From Octopus bimaculoides (taxonomy: Eukaryota), in the NCBI RefSeq assembly GCF_001194135.2, contig NC_068984.1:145902562-145962103 (forward strand): a stretch of DNA of 59,542 nt. The letters run 5' to 3'. Below the pieces are notes generated by a model. The model was given only the letters and a program-made list of their open reading frames with translations. It was not told the origin of the DNA and ran no database searches. Positions 1 through 15,252 of this stretch are shown piece by piece. Position 1 is the first letter of the stretch; every line of letters begins with the position of its first letter. Both the position numbers and the translations under genes were made by a program.

Positions 1-1672
1 AAATACAGACAAAAACATTAAAGTGAAAAGAATTTGCCTTTTATTTGTGTTTGCCTTAAACAATCGTGAATAATAATTTAATATAAATTAAATATGCACC
101 ATTTTATGAGAAACAAACATTAATGATTAATAATTAATGTTATAAAGTTTAATAAGGGGCTCAATTTTCATCCCCTTCCCCAATTTTAAATTTTAAACTT
201 TTTCATCCATTTATTTCTTTATCTTTTTATCCCTGTCCGTTTATTCATATAATACAATTTTTTTTAATTGCATATCCATTATCTCCGACATCTAAAAATG
301 CATTTTTCAAACAGAAACTGCATTAAGCCCCACGAAGTAAAACTTTATTCTAAGCATGAAACAACAGGTCATGCACTAGTAATGAATATAATGTTGCTAC
401 TAATGTTATTAGTATCATTTACTGCTGCTAATGGTGATTCATCGGTGTTTGAAATAGCACAGTGGTTGCCGTAGTGATGATGATGAAGAAGATACTGTAT
501 TAAGTAAGCAAGCGAGAAACTTTACTTGATAGCTCTTCTTTATGCCTGCTCTCGTTTTTGCTGTTCCGTAAGTTCATTGTTTTGTTGCTGTGCTTGGCTC
601 ATGTGTTTACAGTAGCATCTATCTGTATATATGTATATATATANNNNNNNNNNTTTAACACACCGAACTACTTGGTAAAATTACTAATTATTAATTAATC
701 ATTAATTTTTACCCTATATCTATTTGTATATATATATATATGATGTTATATACTATTTCGTGTGTGTGTGTGATAAATAATTATAACAGTAATGATTATA
801 ATAGCAACTGATGATGATAATAATAATAATAATAATAATAATCTATGACGCTCTTTCAGCTTTGCCTGTCAACTGTAACATCTCTCATTTCAAACTTTTA
901 ATTTCCAAAAATGTCCCAAGAAGAACAAATCATTTCTTTCAAGCTGTGTGTGCGGTTATTAAACTTTTTCAATAAGAAGAGTGATTTCGAAATTTCGGCC
1001 TGTTAGACTTCGAAACTTCGAAGTCACTATCACCCCTCTTGTAAAAGTTTTCTTGACATGTACTCTATTAACAAGTATTGAGAAATGCTTCAGTTTTATT
1101 ATTCAATTGTTGCTTTTTTTAATTCTAACTTAACACAAAATCAAACATCATGTGTGTGTGTAAGAGAGAGAGAGAGAGAGAGAGAGAGTGAGAGAGAGTA
1201 TGATTGTGTATTTGTGCGTATGTATACATACATACATACATACATGATGATGCTTTAATCTGCTAACGAAAGATATAATTATGTTTTTGATACGTTATCA
1301 CTTCAAAATTCTTTAACATTGGTAAGAATAATTTCCAATCACCTTTACTCGTTCCAATTGTTTTATCGAGACCATTCTCTGATTCTCGTCCCATATAAAT
1401 ATGTTCATTAATTTTCATGTTCCTTGCGAATGTGTGCGCGCGTGTGTAAACTACAGATTGGTGCTACAGCTTGGCCGATGTTTTGTTCACGCCCCACCCC
1501 CTTAACTTAACAGGTCGGTAAAAATTTCCGATAGAATCAGTACCAAATTTCAAACTGGGATCGATTTATTCGAATAAAATTCTTCAAGGCGGTGCCTCAG
1601 CATTACTGCAATTCAATAATTGAAACAAATCAGCTGTATGTATGTGTATATATGTATGTGCATATCTCTGTG

Positions 1673-1731
<59 letters not shown>

Positions 1732-2398
1732 ATAATTTATAGTTGAAAAAAATAGACTTTCGTCATTGTTTGCTATCACTTTGTATGTGTTTGTGTGTAT
1801 GTATATGTCTATATGCTTATATATGTATGCGTGTATCTATTGTTTGTATGTGTGTGTGTTTGAACCATACCTTGGCATCGAACCCTGTCTCTTATGATTG
1901 TGAATTGAACTTTTTAACTGCTCTGCTATGAATGCATCTTGGATTGTATATAGTGTTGTTGATTGTTGCGAACAATATCTAGCGTTTTATATTGTTGCAA
2001 ATTGTTGTGTTTGCTGAGTGTTACCATCAAACGAGACAGACTAAGGTTGTTGCTAACAACATAGTCTTTCAGCTTTCCTAACTAAATGTTGCTAGCTATA
2101 TTGACGTTGCTAATGTCCAACGACTTACATTGTTGCTAATTGATGTCTAGCTGTGTTGACTGTTTTGGAGAAGTATGAAATCCAAGAGTTGGTCCTGGGT
2201 AGGAATTGAACTTGGAACATAAATGGTGGTGGTGTTGGTGGCGGCGGCGGCGGAGACTCCCGCATTGTATATACTTGTGTTTGTGTGTGTGTGTGTGTCT
2301 ATATCTAGACATACTCGTATACTACATGTGTGTGTGTTTATGTAATAGTACTAATAATAATTGTATATAATTTAAACATAGAAGACAAAATACTTAGC

Positions 2399-2458
<60 letters not shown>

Positions 2459-3014
2459 GTGTGTGTGTGTAAAGCCGACGAATTCTACTCTACACAGTGA
2501 TTACCCCCACGCTCAATTTTTTCTCTGCTAACAGTGTTTAAGTAAAGACTTCCACCTAAAGACCATCACCAATGAAAATAATGCTACTTAATACAATTGT
2601 AACTGTGAATTCCTTAACTATTGGCTTTCAATCAAGACATTCTGGCAGTCAGCCATCACAAGACTAATAAAAGATATGCCATTCAGTTACAGCTAGTTCC
2701 CCCTTCCCCCACACCTATCTGCAGAATGTTGTTGTTGTTATTGAGATTGTTTAACCCCGGTCAACCATGATCAAGTAGACCTAAGAGAGATGATGGTGTA
2801 GTTATTAGTTGCTGTTGTTGTTTAACCCCAGGTCAGTGCTGGCCAAACTGAAATATGATCGAATGCATTCCAGCCATAACGATGCTGTCATTCTGGAGAG
2901 GCACAGTGTACCCCAGACTACATTATCCACTGTGATATCTTTGTTTTAAGATGTGAGGGTGGAGGAGGAGGATTCTTGGCTGTTCTATCGCTCTAGCTCT
3001 GCCACCCTTCTGCT

Positions 3015-3048
<34 letters not shown>

Positions 3049-3357
3049 TATAATTTTCTGCAAGGAAACCCCACTCTGATTTCCATCTGTCTCTTGCTGA
3101 AGAATGCGAAGAGAGCGAGTGGGATTCTAATTTTAGTGACATTCATTTTCGTTTGGAATGTTCCCATAGCAGGTGTGCTAACCTTCTTAAAATAGATCTT
3201 CTCGGTGATTCATTGGCCTATTTTTGTCCATTTTACTGGTTCTTTAGTTTTTGGCCTAGTTCAGCATTTGGAATTGTGTGGGTTTGCCTTTAAGAAATTC
3301 TTCACATGGATTCCATCAATTTCAAAAAACAAGTAAATATCACAGTTATTATATTTA

Positions 3358-3359
3358 CC

Positions 3360-3392
<33 letters not shown>

Positions 3393-3587
3393 CCTCTCTC
3401 TCTATCTCTCTCCCTCTCTCTCTATCTCTATCCCTCTCTCTCTCTCTCCCTCTCTCTCTCTCCCTCCCTCTCTCTCCCTCTCTCNNNNNNNNNNNNNNNN
3501 NNNNNNNNNNNNNNNNNNNNNNNCTCTCTCTCTCTCCCTCCCTCTCTCTCCCTCTCTCTCTCTCTCCCTCCCTCTCTCTCCCTCTCT
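3358..3587. repeat. (CT)n/CCCT compound microsatellite with an internal N gap
   Basis: Direct inspection. Confidence 0.95.
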
Positions 3588-4876
3588 CGTGGTATGTTAA
3601 GTGTTTCTAACAACAAAATTCTGTATATTTTTCTCCACCCTTCTTCTCTGTTTCAGCCATTCAACTGTAGCCATGCTGAGGCACAGCCTTGAAGGGTTTT
3701 AGTCAAACACATCAATGCCAGTGCACAAGTACTGAGTTGATTTGTTTTTACTCTATCAATCTTCATTACCACTAAGTCAAAGAGACACAAACAAACCAAC
3801 ACTGGTTGTCAGACAGTGAGCAGGAGACAAACAAAGACACACACAGACATATATGTGTGGGACTATAGCAGAAGACACTTGCCCAAGGTGCCATGCAAAG
3901 ACCTTGAACCCCCAACCACCTGGTTACAAACCAAGCTTCTTAACCACACAGCCATTTCTACACCATGTTTGTTTATTTATTTAATATTTTGTGATTTGCG
4001 AAAATATTGTCATTTGTTGCAAGTTCGTAAAGAGCCAATCACTGATTTAATGTATTTCTGATTGTGGGAATGGTAAGGGAGTATCTGTAACTAGGTGCAG
4101 AACAGATATTATAAGTGACAGTTTTCTTTCTTTTTTTTTTTTTTTCCCAATTTTCTGTATTCTGTGCTGACTTAAATTGGTAAAAAATGTGCAAATACAT
4201 CTACATTTTCATGATTCCTAAGCAGCCTCTGTCCATCAAATTCCTTACAGCAGACATTGACCAACATCAATCAGTGGTAGGAGTAACTTGTCCAAGGTAC
4301 TGCAATGTGGAATAGAGGACGGAATGACACAGTAATAATGTCTCTAACTAGCTTCAGAACAGTTTCAAATTTTGGCACAACACCAGCTATTTCAGGGGAG
4401 GTGTAAGTCGATTACATCACCCCCCCNNNNNNNNNNCCCCAGTGTGCAGCTGGTATTATCTTATCAACATCAAAAGGATAACCTCCAACATTGACCTCAA
4501 TGGAATTTGAGCTTGGAATGTAAAAAAGCATTTTGTCCTGTAATGATTCTGTCAGCTCCCCACCTCACTGCAAGGAAAACACACATTAGCCATTCAGAAA
4601 CACCCAAAAATCTGTTAAATTCATTTAAATATTTATTATTTGGTGTCAACATTTTCCTCACACCAACTGCAACCTAGTCACTGACTTGAAAATAAAATTT
4701 GTGTCTTCCCATTTTTTTAGTTTGTTTGCATTCTTTGATTTATATTAGCAAAAAGAGATACAAACATCCATCTACGATGTTAGTAATGTGTCTGGTTTCT
4801 AATTTTCCTTCATTTCTTCTTCATTGCAGTTCAATTTGGAGCTTGTGAGGAATCAGTTTAACAAAAATTTCTAGAA

Positions 4877-4943
4877 ATGCAGTCCTCACCGTACAGAGAT
4901 CCACCGCCATACCCAGGACATTCTAAACAACTATTACAGCCTG
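4877..4943 (+). CDS. AMOT: AMOT coding exon 1 (MQSSPYRDPPPYPGHSKQLLQP)
   Basis: Acceptor cag at 4827-4829, in-frame TAA at 4859-4861 upstream of ATG 4877, donor gtaagt at 4944. Confidence 0.75.
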
Positions 4944-7900
4944 GTAAGTAACTTATTCTGGTGCCATTGTTTTATTCTTTTGAATTTAATAGTTTATCTC
5001 TTAACGAGTATCAAAGCTGTTTGAAGAGAAACATGATTAACCCTAAAGTCACTTGTTTCTGTCCCCCTGTTCATACTTTAGCCTCTCATCACTTGACACA
5101 AAAGCATCTCCCTCGATACTATACCCCTTACTCAGTTGAGGGTAGTTGTCTTGCAAATTACTTGGGTGACTTTGCCAGTGCTGGTGCCACATAAAAGAAG
5201 CACTGAGTATACTCTGTAAAATGGTTGGTGCTAGGAAAGGTACCCAACCACAAAAACCATACCAAAGTAGGCATTGGAGCTTGGGGTAGTTCTCTGGTTT
5301 GTTGATGCCAGCCAAGCCATCCAACCCCATGCCAGCATGGAAAATGGATCTTAGGCAAGGGTTACGATGAAACAAGATGGTGCCAGGTACAACTCCTTTA
5401 TTCATTTGCATTGTGGCACCAGTTCACAGCCTGACATTAATTACTACAACACTAATACAGTGTAGGTTAGGAATCAATAAGAAAACATACAGGCAGACAG
5501 ACAGATGAACTCACATATTTACAAGTACTCATATTCATGTATGCATGAGTACACTGGGGTTGCGTAAAAGCCTTGAAATGCTGGGGTTTCACATGAAAGA
5601 ACAAAGCAAAATGACCCACAAAATCCAGTTGGTTAATTGGTGCAGTGAAGATTTGTAATACATTCCAAAGACATTCCATTCATGTTTTCCGGAATTGACA
5701 TATCCTCACACTCGTGTCTGTATCCGACACATACACATGCATATAATGTGTAATGAAGCATATAGATCCATGGGCTAAATAAACACATGCACTCATTGCA
5801 TGAGTGCAAGTATATCCACATGCACTTTCAACATATGTTCACACACACTAACTTAAACATTTGCAAACCCTAGGAACTGTTTTGACTGAGACAAAAGAGC
5901 CTTGTCTCTTTATTAATGACTTGCTTGAATTCTACCAAGAACTGACATAAATCTGAAAGAAAAGCAGAATTGGTAAAGCAACATAAATTGCTTTGCATTC
6001 CTTTATGTTCTGCAACTAACTTTACTCTTTATTGTTTGCAAAGTGTACCAGTCATACATTGAGATCAATATCATGTGTTGCTTTGTGTCTGTGTTAGAAG
6101 TTAATATTACAGAATTAATTGGGTGAGATTGTTGTGACTGTATGTATGTATCCATGGAAACACATGTCTTAAAAATTTCTTCTTCCTTGTTTTTTTGTTA
6201 AGGTTTACGCCAAAGTTTTTCTGGTAGTGAAACAAGTACAGATGTGTCACTTTCGTCGACAGAAAACCTAAGTACCTCTCAGAGACAAGAACCACAAGGA
6301 GAGGAAACACATACACAAGAAATGTATTATGATCTTAAAACAGCTCCAAGATATTCTATGTTAGCTCAGCTTGGAATGCAAATACCAGTGGACATAAAAG
6401 ATCTGAATAACCAACCCATTTTCGCCCCAACGACCCAGCAAAATATACCCAGTGTTTATACGACACCCACAGCTCAATATTATTCCGCATCACTAACACC
6501 AACCGTTTCTTCTGGTGAATGGCAAAACAGTCAAATGGTAACGTGTACAGTGGCCGATTCTCAGGTGATTCCGATGAACGCCACAGTAACGGTGCCAACC
6601 ACTGTTGCATACACAACACAATGTTGGTCTCAACACCAAATGGATCCACAAGTATTACAATATCTTAGCAATTTACCGCCACCGCCAGAGTATCCCAGAG
6701 CAAAATCTGAGAGTGATACTGTAAAGAATGATTTACGCCGTTCCTATGAAATGCTGGAGAAGGTTGAGCGCACAAGATCTCAGCCAGATCTTACAAGGTT
6801 TGAATCTCAATTTCGTCAAGCCAATTCGAATGTTTCGCACTTCTATGTTGGAGAGAAAAGTCCTTTAACCAAAGAAAACACAAACTCGTGAGTATCTTTC
6901 TTATTGCTATGGTGTTATTCCCTGGGTTTTTTTTTGCTTTTGTTTGTTTCTGTCTTTGAACTGTGGCTATGCTGGAGCACCACTTTGAATGGTTCGGTCA
7001 AAGAAATTGACCCCTGGTACTTGTTTTTAAGTTTATTATTTATTTTATTGATCAATTTTGCCAAACTGCTAGATTGTAGGAACCTAAATAAATCGACACC
7101 AGTTATCAAACGGTGGAGAAGAGACACACAGACACACACACACACACACTCACACACATATATTTTTATATTTATATATATATATATACATACATACATA
7201 CATGATGAGCTTTCACACACAGTTTCTGTCTACCAATTTCACTCACAAAACATTAGTCAGCTTAGCACTGCGTGTGTGTTTGTTAGATTTGATCAGACTA
7301 ACTAAAGGGAAGTTACTCTGCAAACACTACGTATTTGGCCCTTTAACTGTTTCAATCTGAAACCCATCAAATGTGGTGAGTTGTAATCCACCTGACAATA
7401 GAGCTACAGTTTGAGGAAGATTTCACTGCTATTTTTTGCAGGACAAGAAACCATGTAGCGTGTAGTATCTCTTATGTTTTTCAGTTTTCAACTACCTTGG
7501 ACTATATTATTCAATGTAACCTTGTCCTACCGTACTTCAGCTCTTGAACAGCTGACATTTTCTTTCCCTTTTCAAATACTACCCCTACTAGGTCATGCTT
7601 TTGTGGGGCGACAGGCTCCTGTTCCTTCCCTGTCTTCCAAGTCACTTGACAACCTCACTAATTGTGGTGGCATGAAAAAAAACCCAGTACACCCTGGTTG
7701 GTGTTAAGAAGGGCCTCCAGCTGTAGAAAATATGCAAAAGCTGACGCTGCGACCCAGCTTAGCTTGGTGGTTTGCCAGACCTTATCAAACCGTCCAACCC
7801 ATGCCAGCATGGAAAGCAGGTGTTAAATAATGATGATAAGTGGTGTTTCTCCCTAAATTTGTGTCTTACACATTTTCTATTTGGTTTTTTCAGCGTTTTA

Positions 7901-10900
7901 GAAAGCCACAAAGAGGAGATAACTCTGCAGTCAGACCAGCACCCAGCGTTGCTATTGGCTCGTACCAAACATATTGTTGAAATCCTTAACAATGAGAACC
8001 GATTCCTTAAAGAGAAACTGAAGACTATGAGTGAGGATCTCAATCGAAGTAAAAAACGAGTTGTGACATTACAAAAGGTGTGTATATTTATTGTGTATAT
8101 ATGTGTGTGAATTTCTGCAATTATACGTAAACATGAATGTGTATGTGATGCGTGTGTGTGTGTCTCTAATCCTCTAATGTGTATGCAAGGGACCACGTAG
8201 TGTGCTGACGATGATGATGATGATGATGGTGATGGTGATGCTAGGAGTAGCCCTGTTTACAGTGTCTTTGGTTGCTTCAAAGAATCTGATAACCACAGAA
8301 CTTTTGATCTAATGAAAGAACCTCGGCATAGTCAGTCACACAACCTATCAGAAACAGTAGTCAAATCTTCCTCACACCACTGGATAATGTGATCTTACAT
8401 TCACAAGAACCAACAGGATGGTCATAGCTGAAATGCCTTTGATCATTAGTCAACTTGATCAGGTTCTGACCTGGGATTAAACACCAATACCAACCTACAG
8501 AGGTATATTCTTGTTGTTGTTGTTAATCAGCCCCAAGTCAGCCCTGATTGAGTTCACCTTTGAGCAAAGATGTACCTACTGTGACCCTCACGATTTATTT
8601 TGGGCATTGAGGGAGATTTGGATACCACCTTTAGCATGTTAATCGACCATATTGAGTCTCCTTCTTTGTCCTTGTTTTTGAAATGGTCAGTGATTATGGT
8701 GTTAGGAAATGAAACATTTTTACTGTTGAAGGTTTTTACATGGCTTTTAAACGAATCTTCCTTTTCTTGGTTTAGTGTGAAGATGAGATCTCTAAAGTCA
8801 CAGAAGAATACCAAACTCTGGAACAGAAATCCCGCAAAATTCAACAATGGGAAGCAGCTTACAGACGGAAATTGGAAGAAGAAAACAAAAAAATAGGGTC
8901 AGAGAACAAATATTACAAAGGTAAAAACAAAATCCCCTCTTTTTTCTTTTTTTTTTGTCCCTCTCAGTTCCTTAAATATAAATCACCTTTACTACTAATT
9001 CAATGGAAACACAGTTTGCAAATAGCTCTCATCACAAACAAATCATTTGTCTCCGGTGACAAACACTCCAGCCAGCAGCCATGGGGTATCGGTGGGAGGA
9101 GAGCATCAGTTGCTGTCTAACTTTTTTGTTCAGTGCACATCCCTGCTCAAGTTCATAGCACCGTCTCTTGAATTTCCCGTGGGAAAAATAGTTCCTTCAG
9201 GAACAAATTAAATTCATAAACCAAATATTTCTGGCCATGTGGTTTAGAAGCTTGCTTCCTCACCATGTGGTATTGAGTTTTCTCTCACTGCACAACAACT
9301 TGGCCAAATGTCCATATTGTTATTCTCATCATTAAATTTTCTTAATTCTATCCTTATTTCCTAACTCATTTAACCCTTTCGTTATCAACCTGGCTCTGGT
9401 AATACAAATGTCTTGTTTTCATAAGTTTTGAATTAAAATCTTCCACCAAACCTTAGTCACAATTTATGTTCCTAACACTAGCTTAATTATAATAAAGTTA
9501 TTTTACTAAATTCTTTGTTAGATTTTAAATAATTGAAAGAAATACTGTAACGAAAGGGTTAAATGTTACCTTGATATCCTCAGTTATCTGTGAGATATCC
9601 CCAAATATCAGAACTTTTTTTTAAAATCTTTTAACCAAAAATATTCCTGTTTTTTCTTTCAGAACAATTACAAGGTATTGGAAATGCTGCCAACCAAGAG
9701 GTCAGTCATCGATCTATTTATTTATATTTATTCGTATTTATTTGTATTATCTGTGGAGTTGTTGTTGTGTTTAGGCACCTTGAAGTTAGCTTGACTGAAG
9801 TGTCCTTGAATCAAAGGCACTCCAACTGTGACACCCACCCCCAATTGGACGTTTGACTTATATAGTAAGGCAGAAGTATGACTCCACTTCCAGGAGAGGT
9901 TAAGCATTTAATTTCATAACTATTCCACAGAACTGTTGAGAAACAGACTCCAGAATTAGTCTTTAGGGTTTTAGGGGCTGTTCTGGTAAGAGAAAGTTTG
10001 TCATCAGACCTGAAAGACAGATTAAGTCTATCCCCAAAGAATAGGAAAGGCCCTATCAGTATAGACTCTGTATATATTGTGTGTGTGTATTAATGAAATA
10101 CGTATTAATAAAATGGTCTTCTTTAATTACAGATGAGCGAGACAGATATAAGAACAGAGCTTCGGAAGAAGGAAGCCATTATAGCAAACCTGATGTCAGT
10201 CAGTACGTATTATTCACCTTCAGTTTTCTGTCCAAATCTGTAACATGAAACGCTATATCATCATCATCATCATCATCACCACAACCACCACCACCACCAC
10301 CACTACATTAATAATAAATAATAATAATAAATAATAATAATTATAATGATTTTTTATGTTTTCACTTCTAGTGAGGTGGACAAGTCCATCCCACCTCAAC
10401 ATTTCACCGCATCACATTGTTTCATCTCTGAAAAGTAAAACTACAGAGAAAATTCCTAATCTCTCTTGTTATACTACATGTGTGAGGGGAGGGGTTTAGT
10501 TCCTGTAATTACTTTCATAGTCTCAGGTGTGGAAGTGCATGATTTAGTGGTTAGGCTGTTGAACTCCTGATCATAAGGCTGTGGTTCCAGGATCTGGACC
10601 TGGTGGTGAATTGTGTCCTTGAGCAAGACACTTCATTTCACATTGCTCCAGTCCACTCAGCTGGCAACAATGAGTTATCCTGTGATGGACCAGTGTCTCA
10701 TTCAATGGATGGAATAGAAACGCCACAGAAACCGGGAAGCCAGCCTCATGAGTCTTGGGAAGAAGCTTTCCTCAGGAATTTGGCTACAGAAGTCTTCAGC
10801 AGACTTTTATTGGAATTGTTAAATGTTTCCCCTTTCCTTTTACAAAAACTGCTGCTCTTCAATATTCTCACATTCCATGTCATTCTTTTTATTGTTTCAA

Positions 10901-13900
10901 AGACCTGTTGTGATTTTAAAGGAAAACTGTTATCCTTTTCTTATTCTCTTTCCACAGACAAAGAGCTGCAAAGTTCCAAAGAGTTGCTACAAGAAGATGT
11001 CGTAAAATCTCATCAGATGATTGAACAACAACGATCAGAGATTGAAATTTTGGACAATGCTTTGACAAATGCACAGAGTAATGTGGTCCGTTTAGAGGAA
11101 GAGGTAATCTCTCATTCCTACCAATCCCATTTTAGAACACTTGTGTTAGAAGTAACATTTTTAATGCAGGAAACAAATATCTCGATCGAAAATAAAAATG
11201 CCGTGAAACCAACAGACAGACAGAGAGGTAGACAGATAGGTTTGTTACGAACATAGTTTATGCTAAAAACATGGAAAAGGCTAAATAAAAGTGATTATGT
11301 GGCCAGACAGATAGAGAGGAAGATAGCTAGGTAGAAAGGTAGAGAGATAAATAGATAGGTGGGTAGATATATAGATAGACAGACAGAAAGAAGCCTCAGA
11401 CACAAGGCTATAAAATGAGTGGGGATGGCGTAAATTATTGACGTTATATATATAGGGAGGTAACTTGCACAAACCACACTGCGGTATGTTCAAGTGCTGA
11501 TTAGCTAATAAGTCTTAAAACACCTTAATGATTAATTAAATTACTTTTTGTAAATACACAAGGTATTAAAAAAAAATGATAATTTGTCGATGATGTTTTT
11601 TATGCTTTAAATGACTTAATGGTTTAATTGTGAATATTCTTTTTTTTCTATTTTAGTGTAAAAAGAAGCAGCTTTATATGGATCGCCTGGACCAGTTACA
11701 GAAGGCATTTGTTTCACTACAAATGGCCACAGAAAAACGAGAACAGATGGAACAACAGTTGAGGAACAAACTCGAAAAAGAATTAGGGCAGCTTCGAATT
11801 TTTGAAAAGGTATTATTATGTCGACCAGATATTTGTAAATGTGTGTGTGTTTATATATATATACATCATGGCACTCCATCAGTTGTGACGAGGGTTCCAG
11901 TTGATCCGATCAACGGAACAGCCTTCTCGTGAAATTAACATGCAAGTGGCTGAGCACTCCACAGACATGTGTACCCTTAACGTAGTTCTCAGGGAGATTG
12001 AGTGTGACAAGGCTGGCCCCTTTGAATTACAGGTACAACAGAAACAGGAAGTAAGAGTGAGAGAAAGTTGTGGTGAAAGAGTACAGCAGGGTTGGCCACC
12101 ATCCCCTGCCAGAGCCTCGTGGAGCTTTAGGTGTTCTTGGTCAATAAAGACTCAGAATGCCCGGTCTGGGAATCGAAACCGCAAATCCACTTCCCTAACC
12201 ACTGGGCCATTGCACCTCCACTATACATACATATATATATATATATATATATCATCATCATCATCATCATCATCGTTTAACGTCCGCTTTCCATGCTAGC
12301 ATGGGTTGGACGATTTGACTGAGGACTGGTGAAACCGGATGGCAACACCAGGCTCCAGTCTGATTTGGCAGAGTTTCTACAGCTGGATGCCCTTCCTAAC
12401 GCCAACCACTCAGATATATATATATATATATGAATGAGTGCATGTGTATTGCATCTAAACATAGTTGTTGATTCCTCCACATTGGTCCTGATCAAGCATA
12501 TCTATAGTCAATGATGTTCCATTGGTGGCCACCTCATCTTCTATATCAAGAACATTGTCCAGTATTTTTTTAAGACAGTAGACTGCAATTCAGAATAGAT
12601 TTTACTGCTATTTTTAGCAGTTCAAGCAACCACACAACAGTTTCGTTATTGGCTGCTGTTTCTAGCAGGCTAAGCCACCATGTAGTAGTTCCCTCATTCT
12701 CGCATGTATATCGATAAAAGTGTATCTGTATTTGATGTTGATGTCTTAATGAACTATACAAAATATTTGTATTAATTATTAAATGTAAATATTATTTAAT
12801 GCAATGTTTCTGTGTTTAATTAACAGGTCAGTAACGAACCTGGTTCTCCCAAAACTAATAATGAGCAAGATACCCATTTGAGTGGGAATATTGAAGACCT
12901 GAAAAAGTTACTCCAAGAAAAAGATACTCGGATGTTACAACTGGAGGCAGAAGTAGCTAAAGTGAGTTGCCACTTTCCACCAGATTAACTTGAATATTTC
13001 TTACAAACATGTCTTAGATTTTAGCTAGCTTAATTTACCATCATCATCATCATCATCATCATCAACAACAATCTCTATAAGAGTAAAAGGAAGAAGGCTG
13101 TGTTGGGCAGGCATGGCTGTGTGGTTAGGAAGTTTGTTTCACAACTGTGTGGTCTCAGGTTCACTCCCTCTGCATGTTACTATGGACAAGTGTCTTCTAC
13201 TATAGCCCTGGGCCAACTAAATCCTTGTGAGTGGATTTGGCTGGTGGAAACTGAAAGATGTCTGGTGTATGTGTATGTATACACAAACACACAATGTACA
13301 TATATCGTTTTATTGTCCACTTTTCATGCTTGCATGGGTCAGATGGATTTTTCTATGGCTGGATGCCTTTCCTGTTGCCAACCTTTTCATGGCCAGACAT
13401 TTTTTTTGCAGAGGATCAGAAACAAAGGGCACCGTTTGCATTACAGTGACACTTGTTTACAACTCGCATGAAGTGAAAGCAAGAAGATAGTAACACATGC
13501 ACACACACACACACACACATACTCTGACATGCTTGAACAATTGTGAAGATCTTTTCACATGAAACCATTGGTTGCCTTGTTAACCCACAAATGAAGAATA
13601 TATATATAATGTGTGTGGTAGAGGGTGTTATGTATGTATGTATTTATTTTATCCAATATGTATCTTATTTCTCTTGTGATATCATTTCAGTGGGAACAGA
13701 GATGTTTAACAGAATCAACAAAGAACCAGCTGGCTTCCAAATCCAGGTAATCTACTGGCTTTTGATAAACTCTGCATCTTTGAATAATTCTCTTCTTTTG
13801 AAAGCATGCATTCTTCAGTTCAATCCTACACTGGCTTTTGGGTTGATCAATAGCTTATTACATTACAGACACAAAGCCACCCACCTCAATACTGTTCCCC

Positions 13901-15218
13901 TTCTCAGTTGAGGAGTCTTTGCCTTCCAAGTTACTTGGTGACCTCACCAGTGTTGGTGCCACATACAAAGCCTCCAGTCTACTCTGTAAAGTGGTTGGCA
14001 TCTGGAAGGGCATCCAGCCGTGAAAACCCATACCAAAGCAGACACAGAGAGAGAGAGAGACGTGTATTGATTTGTATGTTTATGCATGCGTGTTTGTGTT
14101 TGTCCCCCTCCACTCACTGTTTGGCAACCAGTGTCGGTTTGTTTTTACATCCCTGTCACTTAGCAGTTCAGCCAAAGAGACTGACGGAATAAGTATTGGG
14201 GTGGTCTGTTCAACTAAACCCTTTGAGTCACAGCAGTGTCTCCAGCATGGCCAGAGTCCTAACACTGAAACAGACAGAAGATAAAAAGGAATCGAGATTT
14301 TATCAAGTAATATTAAAAGCCACTTTAACATGGCTGTCCATTTGAGCGGACTCTACTGTGATTGTTTAACCCCAAGAGGACATCTCTAGCTGGTCAACGA
14401 TGCACAGCTGCAGCCAATAAAATTGCGAGCAGGGCAGCAAGCCCCTAGTGATTGTTTCATTGCTGTAACAAGACAAAATTTATTACCCTTTTCAAATCCC
14501 CAAAACAATGCTGACGAATTCTGCAAACTCGTATTTACTTTTATTACTTTTCTCTGTCAATCACAGCGATGGACGCCAACAGTTAGACAAATATCCTAAA
14601 GGTGTTTCACTTGAAACTGAGAAATTACTTGCAGAGTCCAAATCTGAGAAGCTGCGACACATGGAAGAGGCTTATCAAGCAAAGAAGAAAAGCACAGAAT
14701 TGGAAGCAAAGTGAGTTGGTCTTTGTTTTGTTTTTATCCAAATTCCATCCAGTTTTTGGCATTTTGTTTTTCATTCGCATAATCAGCCCAGTTAAAGAGT
14801 ACCTTTGAATCATCAGGCGATACGCTGCGCTTGAAAAGACCTTTTGAGTCAAGTAAAATCAAAGATCAAAATGGAAATTGTAGTTGTGGTCGATGCCAAT
14901 GCTGTTTGACTGGCACCCGTGCTGGGGGCACGTAATAAGCACCATTCAAGCTTGGGTCAATGCCAGTGCCACCTGACTGGCTCCCTCTGCCGGTGGCACG
15001 TAAAAAGCACCATCCGAATGTGGTCGATGCCAGTCCACTGCTCTCAAAGCCACTCACCTGATGAGGATGTGGAGACACAGCTACTTCTAGATCATACTCA
15101 TTCATATAATATCAATATTATAAGACATAATATGGAAATCTTGAACAACCAGCAGCTATTACCAGTTACAGAAACACTTGTGACTGGTGATATAAGGCCT
15201 GTTCATTCCATCTTCTTG

Positions 15219-15252
<34 letters not shown>

